DNA of 64,000 nt from Bacteroidota bacterium (GTDB taxonomy: Bacteria; Bacteroidota; Ignavibacteria; UBA10030; UBA8401). Position numbers and translations under genes: made by a program. The stretch is from NCBI GenBank assembly GCA_041665525.1, contig JBAYIS010000004.1, forward strand, positions 46,996 to 110,995, given 5' to 3'. Shown here one piece after another: positions 7,812-16,766 of the stretch (position 1 is the stretch's first letter; every line of letters begins with the position of its first letter). The notes under the pieces are model-generated. The model did no database searches, was not told the DNA's origin, and saw only the letters and a list, made by a program, of their open reading frames with translations.

Positions 7812-8681
7812 ATGATCAGCAAAGAATTCCTCTCGAAAATACCGATCTTTAAATTCCTTCCGGAAGAGGATCACATCTCACTTGTGAGCTTGTGGAGAAT
7901 GAAATCCTTGAATGCCGGCGAAGTTCTTTTTCGAAAGGGAGAACCGGGTTCTTCCATGTATGTCATTGAAGAAGGCGAAATCGAAATCGTACTGCCGGTC
8001 GATCCGCCGGTAAATGAAGTTCAGCTGTCAATCATGCGGGAAGGTGAATTTTTTGGAGAGCTGTCGCTCTTTGCCGATACGCCGCGCACCGCGACGGCGC
8101 GGGCTTCGGTTGATACGAAACTCGTGGAAATGCAGCGGGGAGATTTTATTACGTTCGTGATGGAACGTCCTTCCATCGGCATTTCCATGCTGAGCGAAAT
8201 GGCGAAACGCTTGCAACTGACGAATGAGTTGATCACTTCGCTTGCATCGAAGAATCTCAACGAAGAGATCGAAGAAAAACTGACATTCGGCGACCGGGTT
8301 GCCGATAAGATCGCCGAGTTCGGCGGAAGCTGGAGATTTATCATTTCATTCGGTGCGTTTATGGCAATGTGGATCGGGATTAATGCATTGCAAATTATCG
8401 CACAGCCGTTCGATAAGTATCCATTCATTCTTTTAAACTTAATGCTCTCCACCGTAGCTGCACTGCAGGCACCGGTGATAATGATGAGCCAGAACCGCGC
8501 GCAGAAGAAAGACCGTCTGAAAGCAGATCTGGATTATCAAGTGAATGTGAAATCCGAATTGATGCTGCAACAGATGCACCAAAAAATGGACCGGCTGCTG
8601 GAAGAAGAGTTGGGGCATATCCGCAGGGAAATTACGATCATGCGGCCGATCGTGCAAAAAAAGAAACGAAAGAAAAAATGA
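7812..8681 (+). CDS. Cyclic-nucleotide-binding domain fused to a DUF1003 membrane domain. The C-terminus ends in a KKKRKKK tail.
   Basis: The N-terminus carries the cNMP-binding beta-roll motifs (GEFFGELSLF...PRTATARA). The C-terminus contains FGDRVADKIAEFGGSWRFIISFGAFMAMWIGINALQ and PFDKYPFILLNLMLS, a DUF1003-like two-TM region. Confidence 0.7.
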   Translation: MISKEFLSKIPIFKFLPEEDHISLVSLWRMKSLNAGEVLFRKGEPGSSMYVIEEGEIEIVLPVDPPVNEVQLSIMREGEFFGELSLFADTPRTATARASVDTKLVEMQRGDFITFVMERPSIGISMLSEMAKRLQLTNELITSLASKNLNEEIEEKLTFGDRVADKIAEFGGSWRFIISFGAFMAMWIGINALQIIAQPFDKYPFILLNLMLSTVAALQAPVIMMSQNRAQKKDRLKADLDYQVNVKSELMLQQMHQKMDRLLEEELGHIRREITIMRPIVQKKKRKKK

Positions 8682-9745
8682 GTTCGCGCAAACCGTTCAT
8701 CATTGCCGGCATCTGGTTCTTTTTAGGATTGATCTATTCCAGTCAATCCTTTTTTTATTCTCTCAGTGTCGGACGCGAATATGTTTGGCAGCGGTCGTTG
8801 TTTCACTCCTTCGTTTTTTGCCTGGAATGGGGGGTGTTGACGCCGTTCGTATTGAAGCTTGTCGAACGGTTCCGGCTGGATGACAAAAATCTTTACCGAA
8901 ATGTAACATTGCATTTCTTTATTGGAATCGGTGTTGCCGTTCTGCAGCAGACTGCCTACGTGCTGTTCACAGATTTTGTGGAAAATGGATTCGCGTTCTC
9001 AAGAACATTCTCCGGTTATCTTCCATCTATCGTTGGTTTCTTTGAATATGGCGTGTTAATGTATTGGTCTATCGTGTTTGTTCACCACGCTGTCGGATAT
9101 TATCGTCGCTACCAACAAGAAGAGCGCCGGAGCGCCCAGTTGCGGACTGAACTGATGGAATCGCAGCTTCAGGCGCTGAAGATGCAGCTGCAACCCCACT
9201 TTCTTTTTAACACGTTGAATGCAATTTCCGTATTGGTGAAGAAGGAGCCTGTTCTTGCCCAAAAAATGATCGTACGTTTGAGCGATCTGCTGCGCTTAAC
9301 GCTGGAACGGGGTTCGGAAAACGTGGTGACACTGGAACAAGAGCTGGAATTTGTGAATACGTACCTTGCCATCGAAAAAGTCCGGTTCGGCGACCGGCTC
9401 ACAATAAAAACAGAAATTGCGGAAATGACACTCCAGTCACTTGTCCCGACATTTATTCTGCAGCCGCTGGCAGAGAATTCCATCCGTCATGGCGTCGCGC
9501 ACCGGTCGGGAGAGGGGTGGATCAAAATTCAATCTACTCAAAAGGAGCAAACACTTTTCTTGAGTGTAAGTGACGGAGGAACACGGTCAACGCGATCAAA
9601 GAAACAGAACGACGGATTTGGCGTCGGACTGGAAAATACGCAACAACGGCTCCGTCAATTATATGGAAATGCATTTCAGTTTGATATTCAGGAAAACAAT
9701 CACAACGGACGTACCGTGACACTCGCGATTCCGTTAACAAAATAG
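8678..9745 (+). CDS. LytS/YehU-type sensor histidine kinase (multi-TM N-terminus, His_kinase PF06580 and HATPase domains)
   Basis: LQALKMQLQPHFLFNTLNAISVLV is the LytS-family H-box. A C-terminal ATPase region is present. Its start overlaps the upstream gene by 4 nt. Confidence 0.8.
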   Translation: MSSRKPFIIAGIWFFLGLIYSSQSFFYSLSVGREYVWQRSLFHSFVFCLEWGVLTPFVLKLVERFRLDDKNLYRNVTLHFFIGIGVAVLQQTAYVLFTDFVENGFAFSRTFSGYLPSIVGFFEYGVLMYWSIVFVHHAVGYYRRYQQEERRSAQLRTELMESQLQALKMQLQPHFLFNTLNAISVLVKKEPVLAQKMIVRLSDLLRLTLERGSENVVTLEQELEFVNTYLAIEKVRFGDRLTIKTEIAEMTLQSLVPTFILQPLAENSIRHGVAHRSGEGWIKIQSTQKEQTLFLSVSDGGTRSTRSKKQNDGFGVGLENTQQRLRQLYGNAFQFDIQENNHNGRTVTLAIPLTK

Positions 9746-9754
9746 TTCTTCTTT

Positions 9755-10537
9755 GTGGGACACTTGGTAAAATTCGTAAACAATATTACCGCAATCATTG
9801 TGGACGACGAGCCATTGGCCCGTCACGGTCTGCACGATATTTTGGTAGAAGAAAAGGATATTACCGTCGTTGCGGAATCTAAGGATGGCGAAGAAGCTGT
9901 TCGCCACATCCGGAAATATTCGCCGGATGTTGTGTTCCTGGATATTCAAATGCCGGAGAGCAATGGATTTGAAGTATTGGATGCCATTCCCAAAGAGACG
10001 ATGCCTTTGATTATTTTTGTGACCGCCTACGATGAATTTGCCGTGAAAGCATTCTCCGAAAATGCGTTGGACTATATATTGAAGCCATTCGACAGTGAGA
10101 GGGTCCATTCGGCATTGCACCGTGTTAGGACAATGCTTCAGATGAAGGAGCGGGCGGATTATTCGAAAAAGATTTTGGAGATTGTGAAACACTATCAATC
10201 ATCCCAAAAATATATTGACCGTATTCCTATCCGCAATGCAGGGAAGATCTCGTTTGTGAGTGTCGAGGATATTATTTGGATCGACGCTGCTGCGGATTAT
10301 ATAAACCTACATACAAGCTTCGGCACGTCAACCATTCGTGAATCGATTGGAGCGATGGAAGAACAGCTTGATCCCTCCAAATTTATCCGAATTCATCGTT
10401 CAACAATCGTTAATCTTCTTTTCATCCGCGAACTGAGACCGATGGATCATGGCGAGTACACTGCACTGCTGCGACAGGGGACCATACTCACCGTCAGCCG
10501 GACATACAAAAAACGCCTCGCATCAATGATTAAATAA
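9755..10537 (+). CDS. LytTR-family response regulator (REC + LytTR DNA-binding domain)
   Basis: The REC domain shows IIVDDEPLARHGL...VVFLDIQMP. The C-terminal LytTR domain shows ISFVSVEDIIWIDAAADYINLHT. Confidence 0.85.
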   Translation: MGHLVKFVNNITAIIVDDEPLARHGLHDILVEEKDITVVAESKDGEEAVRHIRKYSPDVVFLDIQMPESNGFEVLDAIPKETMPLIIFVTAYDEFAVKAFSENALDYILKPFDSERVHSALHRVRTMLQMKERADYSKKILEIVKHYQSSQKYIDRIPIRNAGKISFVSVEDIIWIDAAADYINLHTSFGTSTIRESIGAMEEQLDPSKFIRIHRSTIVNLLFIRELRPMDHGEYTALLRQGTILTVSRTYKKRLASMIK

Positions 10538-10641
10538 ACTGTAACCATCTATTTCATCCCTGCAATTCTCCACTTCATCGCAAAACAGTTCATTTCCCTG
10601 CGAGCAAGATGTATTTTTTCCTCACAACAATAGGAGGAAGA

Positions 10642-12939
10642 ATGAAACAATTGTTCAGTTTGCTCTTTGCCGCAACTCTTGTCGTCCAGGCGCAATATTT
10701 CACCAAAGTCACTGTCGGTCCTCAATCCAATGACGGAGGAGATTCGCGCAGTGTGAATTGGGTGGATTACAACAACGACGGGAATCTCGATCTCTTTATT
10801 ACCAACGGACCGTCGGCAAAGGCGAACAATTTTCTTTACAAAAATAACGGCGATGGAACGTTTACCAAAATCATCGATGCTTCGGTAGTGAACGATCCCG
10901 GAAGTTATGACGGCAGTACCTGGGCGGATTTTGATAATAATGGTTTCCTTGATGTGTTTACAGCATCATGGTATGGACAGAAAAACAGTTTTCACCGGCA
11001 ATTGAACGGACACTTTGAGAAAGTAACACGCAGCGATATTGCCAACGATCAGACTTATTCGGAAACCGGCAGCTGGGGAGATTATGACAATGACGGGTAT
11101 GTGGATCTGTATTTGGCGAACAGTGCCGTCAACAAAGCAAACCGCTTGTACAAAAACAATGGAGATGGAACCTTCACCACTATAACAACCGGCAGCATTG
11201 TCACCGATGCAAAGACTTCCCGGAGCGTGGATTGGTTTGATTATGACAATGACGGCGATCTTGATATCTTTGTCGCCAATGAAGGAGGGGAGAACAACTC
11301 GCTCTATCGAAATGACGGCGGCGGTATATTCACATCAATCACAACCGGTGCTGTGGTGAATGATGGAGGAAACTCCTTCGGCAGCAGTGTCGGTGATATT
11401 GATAACGACGGGGATCTGGATATTTTCGTTGCCAATCATGAAAATACGGCGGCATTTTTGTACAAAAACAACGGGGACGGAACATTCGCAAAAGTCAGTG
11501 CGGATCCTGTCGTGACACAAAACGGTTACTCCGTCGGCAGTGCATTCGGCGATCTTGATAACGACGGCGATCTTGATTTGATGGTGACGAATGCATTCAG
11601 CGGCAGCGTTGCAGCAAAAAATTTTCTGTATCTCAATAATGGAAATGGAACATTCGAGAATGTCGATACCGGCATAGTTGCGAACGATCCCGGCTGGTCA
11701 TACGGCGTAGCATTCGGGGACTATGACCGTGATGGTGATCTTGATATTGCTACGGGAAACTGTTTCGGAGCGAATCAAAACAATTCACTCTATAGGAATG
11801 AAGGGAATGGTAATGCCTGGATCACGGTGAAGTCGGTCGGGACTGTTTCGAACCGTTCCGCGATCGGAGCCAAAGTGCGGGTAAAAGCTACTATCAATGG
11901 AATTCCGGTCTGGCAGTACCGGCAGGTTGCAGGTCAATCCGGTTATTGCGGACAGAATCTGGAATCCCATTTTGGATTAGGAAATGCGACGGCGGTCGAT
12001 TCGCTGGTGGTTGAATTTCCTTCAGGTCAAAAAACAGTTATGACAACTGTTTCTGTGAAACAGGTTCTGACTGTAACGGAAACAGTTCCATCCGGATATT
12101 TGCGCGGAGCATTGATCGCCGATTCGCTGGACGGAAGGATTCCGTTCACTGTGCAGTTCAGCAGTCTGTCAATTGCAGATGCATCATCTCCGGTCAATTC
12201 GTGGAAATGGGATTTTCACAATGACGGTATTGTGGATGCAACAACGGAACATGCACAATGGACCTATACCGTGCCGGACACATATTCCGTCCGACTCATT
12301 GTCTCCAATGGAAGTGCCATTGATACTGTTTTTGCTGATGGTCTCATCCGGGTGCTGCGACCCGCATCGAAGCCGGTCATCACATCGTTTCTTCCAACTG
12401 TAGCGGATACCACTATACCGAAAAACGGGAAAGTGACCTTTGCAGTTTTCGTTCTGGATACATCCGATTCTCCGGTCCGATTCGTTTGGACGAAGAACAG
12501 AGCGGTGCAGGCTTCTGTTATCAACTCACTATCGTATGTATCTGCAATTTTCCAACCGGCACCGAGAACAGATACTATTTCTGTGGAAGTCTTTAACGAT
12601 TTTTATTCGATCAAAAATATATGGTTTGTTCATGTGGCGAATCCCGCCGGCATTGGCAGCGAAGATGCTTCAATTCTGCAATATCAACTTGCCCAAAACT
12701 TTCCCAATCCGTTTAATCCCGAAACAAAAATTCAATTTTCCATTCCTGTTTCGGGCAGAGTACAGTTGCGCATATGTGATGTTCTGGGACGGGAAGTCGC
12801 ACTGTTGTTGAATGAGGAACGAGATGCGGGAATACACTCTTTCATGTGGGATGGAAGTTTTTTGGCGAGCGGGATCTATTTCTGCACTCTGCACGCTGGG
12901 TCTTTTGTTGATACTAAGAAACTGGTATTGGCAAAGTAA
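10642..12939 (+). CDS. Secreted FG-GAP/VCBS-repeat protein (ASPIC/UnbV, CRTAC1-like) with a T9SS C-terminal sorting domain
   Basis: The signal peptide is MKQLFSLLFAATLVVQAQ, with an aggagg RBS upstream. There are many D-x-D-N-D-G-x-L-D repeats. The C-terminus ...AQNFPNPFNPETKIQFSIP...GIYFCTL... is a TIGR04183-type CTD. Confidence 0.8.
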   Translation: MKQLFSLLFAATLVVQAQYFTKVTVGPQSNDGGDSRSVNWVDYNNDGNLDLFITNGPSAKANNFLYKNNGDGTFTKIIDASVVNDPGSYDGSTWADFDNNGFLDVFTASWYGQKNSFHRQLNGHFEKVTRSDIANDQTYSETGSWGDYDNDGYVDLYLANSAVNKANRLYKNNGDGTFTTITTGSIVTDAKTSRSVDWFDYDNDGDLDIFVANEGGENNSLYRNDGGGIFTSITTGAVVNDGGNSFGSSVGDIDNDGDLDIFVANHENTAAFLYKNNGDGTFAKVSADPVVTQNGYSVGSAFGDLDNDGDLDLMVTNAFSGSVAAKNFLYLNNGNGTFENVDTGIVANDPGWSYGVAFGDYDRDGDLDIATGNCFGANQNNSLYRNEGNGNAWITVKSVGTVSNRSAIGAKVRVKATINGIPVWQYRQVAGQSGYCGQNLESHFGLGNATAVDSLVVEFPSGQKTVMTTVSVKQVLTVTETVPSGYLRGALIADSLDGRIPFTVQFSSLSIADASSPVNSWKWDFHNDGIVDATTEHAQWTYTVPDTYSVRLIVSNGSAIDTVFADGLIRVLRPASKPVITSFLPTVADTTIPKNGKVTFAVFVLDTSDSPVRFVWTKNRAVQASVINSLSYVSAIFQPAPRTDTISVEVFNDFYSIKNIWFVHVANPAGIGSEDASILQYQLAQNFPNPFNPETKIQFSIPVSGRVQLRICDVLGREVALLLNEERDAGIHSFMWDGSFLASGIYFCTLHAGSFVDTKKLVLAK

Positions 12940-13067
12940 TCCTTACACAATCTCTAATAATATACGAGTTTACAGATGTCAAGATTAATAAACGAAGATT
13001 GATACCTGCTTGGAATACTCTCTTTTTTCCTCTACATTCACGAGTCAATTATCTTTCAGGAGTGATA

Positions 13068-14687
13068 ATGGTTCGTCGATGTATAGTGGTATTGGTCTTA
13101 ATTTCCGTCTCACTGGCAGTGGGTCAAAAATCCGTCAAGCGTTCGCATGATGAAGCGAATCTCGAAGGAGTGACAAAGGAGCAGTTGTTCGATTATCTTT
13201 CCTTCATCGCGTCGGACGAACTGGAAGGACGCGATACGCCTTCCCGCGGCTTGAATATTGCTGCGAAGTTCATCGCCACACATCTCTCGCGGTGGGGATA
13301 TACACCGGCGGGAGACAGCGGTTCCTTTTTTCAAAAAATTCTCCTTCATAAAACCCGCGTTGTACCGGAACAATCGACCGTTACTGTTGGAGGGCGCACT
13401 TTTTCCTTTGGATCGGACTTTATCTCGCAGGCCATCACAGGGAATAGTACCGCACCCATGGTCTATGTGAAGAATGGCTACATTGTGAACTCGTTAAGTA
13501 TCAATCCGTATGCTGGCATTGACGTGAAAGGGAAGATCATGATCGTCACCGAAGGATACCCGAAAGGAGTTACGCGCGGAGATTTCGGACAAAAACTCGG
13601 GGAGGATTATGACACCCCTTCGAACTATGCCAAAAACAATGGTGCGGCAGGAATTATCTTAATCCCTTCTGCAAAGACATTGCAGCGATGGGAAACAGAA
13701 AAGAATTCGGTCACCATGAAAGGGACACTATCCGTTCCGGCATTAAAAAAACAGGATGTAAAAGGACCGGTACCGTACGTTACTGCATCGCATGCATTAG
13801 TGGAAGCGATCTTTGCCGGTGAAAATATCGGCGTGCAAACCATGACGGAAAAATCTGCAGCGGATTCTGCCCGCTCCTTTGATTTGTCCCCTACCAAGAA
13901 ATTATCAATGTCTATTGCTGTCCGCACCGATTCGTTATATTCACAAAATATTGTTGCAGTAAAACCCGGTTCGGACAAAAAACTCAAGGATGAGTATGTA
14001 GCGTTTGGCGCGCATTACGATCATATCGGTATCCGTCCGGAACCGGTGAATGGTGATTCGATCTACAATGGCGCGGACGATGACGGCAGCGGAACAGTGG
14101 GCTTGCTCTCCATTGCCGAAGCGATGGCGAAAGGACCTGCTGCGAAACGGTCCATTCTGTTTGTATGGCATATGGGTGAAGAAAAAGGATTGTGGGGATC
14201 AAAATATTTCGTGCAGAATCCGACGGTGCCGCTTTCGAATATCGTCACACAGCTGAACATCGACATGATCGGCCGCAGCAAACCGGATACGGGTGAGGCA
14301 TCGAAGAATGAGGAGTATTCACGTCCGAACGAACTGTTTTCGATCGGTTCGAATATGATGAGTACTGAACTCGGGAAAATGAACGACCAGGTGAATGCTT
14401 CGCTCTACAACATGAAACTCAATTATAAATACGACGATCCTTCCGATCCGAACAAACTCTTCTACCGAAGCGACCATTATAATTATGCCAGGATGGGAAT
14501 TCCGATCGTATTCTATTTTGACGGCATCCATGAAGATTACCACCGTGTGTCCGACGAGGTTTCCAAGATCGATTTCACAAAACTCATGAAGGTCACTCGC
14601 ACGATTTACGCACTGGGTTGGAAAATCGCAAATCTTCCGCACCGTCCGGTTGTCGATAAAAAGTTTTCCAGGGAAGAGATCGACTGA
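13068..14687 (+). CDS. M28-family aminopeptidase (with PA domain), secreted
   Basis: The signal peptide is MVRRCIVVLVLISVSLAVG. HYDHIGI and NGADDDGSGTVGLL are the metal-ligand motifs. Confidence 0.8.
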   Translation: MVRRCIVVLVLISVSLAVGQKSVKRSHDEANLEGVTKEQLFDYLSFIASDELEGRDTPSRGLNIAAKFIATHLSRWGYTPAGDSGSFFQKILLHKTRVVPEQSTVTVGGRTFSFGSDFISQAITGNSTAPMVYVKNGYIVNSLSINPYAGIDVKGKIMIVTEGYPKGVTRGDFGQKLGEDYDTPSNYAKNNGAAGIILIPSAKTLQRWETEKNSVTMKGTLSVPALKKQDVKGPVPYVTASHALVEAIFAGENIGVQTMTEKSAADSARSFDLSPTKKLSMSIAVRTDSLYSQNIVAVKPGSDKKLKDEYVAFGAHYDHIGIRPEPVNGDSIYNGADDDGSGTVGLLSIAEAMAKGPAAKRSILFVWHMGEEKGLWGSKYFVQNPTVPLSNIVTQLNIDMIGRSKPDTGEASKNEEYSRPNELFSIGSNMMSTELGKMNDQVNASLYNMKLNYKYDDPSDPNKLFYRSDHYNYARMGIPIVFYFDGIHEDYHRVSDEVSKIDFTKLMKVTRTIYALGWKIANLPHRPVVDKKFSREEID

Positions 14688-14702
14688 CCGGTAATCAAGA
14701 CG

Positions 14703-14726
14703 AGGCTGTCAACTTGTTGACAGCCT
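14703..14726 (+). terminator. Perfect hairpin aggctgtcaa-cttg-ttgacagcct downstream of the M28 peptidase gene. It could be a terminator, but there is no clear U-tract.
   Basis: A 10-bp perfect inverted repeat 16 nt after the stop codon. Confidence 0.3.
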
Positions 14727-14802
14727 TCAGATCGGCGTTTGTCCCTCCCCGGCAGCTGTTTATCCCTTTTGACGCACAGGCAATATACTCTCCCCCTTTT
14801 TT

Positions 14803-15885
14803 TTGCTACATTCAGTCATTGTGAAAATAAAATTTCTCTCTATTGTCATATTCTGGCTTCTCTTCGCCGTATTCATGACCGGCGTTATGTTGCTTGTCCA
14901 TCCTATCACCAATCGGCCTGAACCGGTGTGGCATGAGTTCATGTGGGAATTGGCTATTGCCATCGTATGGATCATTGGAACACCCATCGTGATGTGGCTT
15001 GCCAGAAGATTTTCCCTGCAGCAGAAGGACCGATTTCGAAACGGCTTTCTGTTGGTGATCATCGGCATCGTCATGTCCGCTGCGCAATGTGTTCTGCACG
15101 GGATCATTACCTATCTGACGCGATCCGATATAGCAACATTCAACAGTAACATCATCCTCACATCTCTCTTTTACAATATCGATAAGATGCTGATTATCTA
15201 TTGCGGACTGGTAATCTTGCAGCATGCGATGGATTTCTACCGGAGTTCTCAGGAGAAGGAATTGAAAGCATCGCGACTCGAAACGCAGCTGTCGCAAGCT
15301 CAAATGATGGCGCTGAAGATGCAGCTGCAGCCGCATTTCCTCTTCAATACACTCAATGCCATTGTGACACTGATCCATAAAGATCCGGACCAAGCGGAAG
15401 AGATGATCGTCCGGTTAAGCGATTTTCTGAGGATCACACTCGACGCTTCGGGTAGACAAATTGTTTCCTTAAAGGAAGAATTGGATTTCATCAAGGCCTA
15501 TTTGTCCATTGAAGAAGTGCGCTTCAAAGGGAGACTGAAATTTCACAACCGTGTTGAAGCAGATGTGTATGATGCACTGGTCCCTATGCTGATTATTCAG
15601 CCGCTGGTAGAAAATGCCATAAAACACGGATTTTCGCAGTTTGAAGGGGCTTCGGTATTGGAAATTTCAGCGCAAAAGAATAACGATATTCTGACGCTGA
15701 TCGTACAGGACGATGCTGCTCCGGACCTCGGCCAACAAACGATCAATGAAAAGATCGGTTTATCCAATATTCGCAGCCGGCTCTTGGCGTTGTATGGAGA
15801 AGCCGCTTCATTGACAATCATGCCGAACAGCAGCCGCGGCGTACGTGCAGTGATGAAAATCCCTTTTTCAGTGGAGCAGGCATGA
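14803..15885 (+). CDS. LytS/YehU-type sensor histidine kinase. It is a paralog of 8678..9745. The start is uncertain (TTG as listed; a GTG at 14821 is also possible).
   Basis: MALKMQLQPHFLFNTLNAIVTLI H-box; multi-TM N-terminus; HATPase C-terminus. Confidence 0.75.
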   Translation: MLHSVIVKIKFLSIVIFWLLFAVFMTGVMLLVHPITNRPEPVWHEFMWELAIAIVWIIGTPIVMWLARRFSLQQKDRFRNGFLLVIIGIVMSAAQCVLHGIITYLTRSDIATFNSNIILTSLFYNIDKMLIIYCGLVILQHAMDFYRSSQEKELKASRLETQLSQAQMMALKMQLQPHFLFNTLNAIVTLIHKDPDQAEEMIVRLSDFLRITLDASGRQIVSLKEELDFIKAYLSIEEVRFKGRLKFHNRVEADVYDALVPMLIIQPLVENAIKHGFSQFEGASVLEISAQKNNDILTLIVQDDAAPDLGQQTINEKIGLSNIRSRLLALYGEAASLTIMPNSSRGVRAVMKIPFSVEQA

Positions 15886-16640
15886 CGATCCAAACCCTTA
15901 TTGTCGATGATGAAGCGCTTGCGCGAGAGAGGATCAATTCACTGTTGAGCAATGAAAAAGAATTTCATGTTGTAGCGGAATGTGTCAACGGGAAAGAGGC
16001 GCTTCGGTTAATCGGCGAGAAGAAAATCGATCTTCTCTTTCTTGATATAGAAATGCCGGCGCTCGACGGCATCGGGTTACTGGAAAAACTTCCGGAAGAG
16101 AAATTACCGATGGTGATTTTTACAACGGCATACGATTCGTTCGCGGTGAAAGCATTCGAACTGAACGCGATCGACTATCTCTTAAAGCCATTCACAAAAA
16201 AACGCTTTCAGGATGCTCTTGAGCGGGTGAAACATAAATTCCGTTCTGAAGATAAAGATCTGTACTTGTCGCAAATGCTCGCCACAATCAAATCCGTTGC
16301 CGGGAAGAGCGTTTCGGACAAGCTGATTGTCAAGTCTGAAGGGAAGATCCGGTTCCTGTCTGCAACGGAAATTCTCTGGATTGAAAGCGATGCAAACTAT
16401 CTCCGGATACACACGGCCGGTGAAGCTGTCGTGATCCGGGATACGATGACCAATATTTCCGCACGGCTGGATTCTTCGGTATTTCTTCGATTGCACCGGA
16501 CTGTTATCGCCAATACAACGCACATCGTTGAACTGAAGCCGTGGTTCAACGATGAGTATATCGCCATTCTTCGCAACGGCACGCAGCTGCCCGTGGGACG
16601 GACATACCGCAAATCAGTAAACGCATTCTTCCAACTCTGA
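15882..16640 (+). CDS. LytTR-family response regulator (REC + LytTR). It overlaps the kinase gene by 4 nt.
   Basis: LIVDDEALARERI...LLFLDIEMP (REC). IRFLSATEILWIESDANYLRIHT (LytTR). Confidence 0.85.
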   Translation: MTIQTLIVDDEALARERINSLLSNEKEFHVVAECVNGKEALRLIGEKKIDLLFLDIEMPALDGIGLLEKLPEEKLPMVIFTTAYDSFAVKAFELNAIDYLLKPFTKKRFQDALERVKHKFRSEDKDLYLSQMLATIKSVAGKSVSDKLIVKSEGKIRFLSATEILWIESDANYLRIHTAGEAVVIRDTMTNISARLDSSVFLRLHRTVIANTTHIVELKPWFNDEYIAILRNGTQLPVGRTYRKSVNAFFQL

Positions 16641-16766
16641 CCGGCAAATCGGCGATTCATCCCTTTCCACCCCCCATTAATCCCGAAACCATATCCCTGT
16701 AATCGGTTTGTGCGTAGATTGCACCATCCAATACACACATTACTGCACACTCAAAAGGAACCTCCT

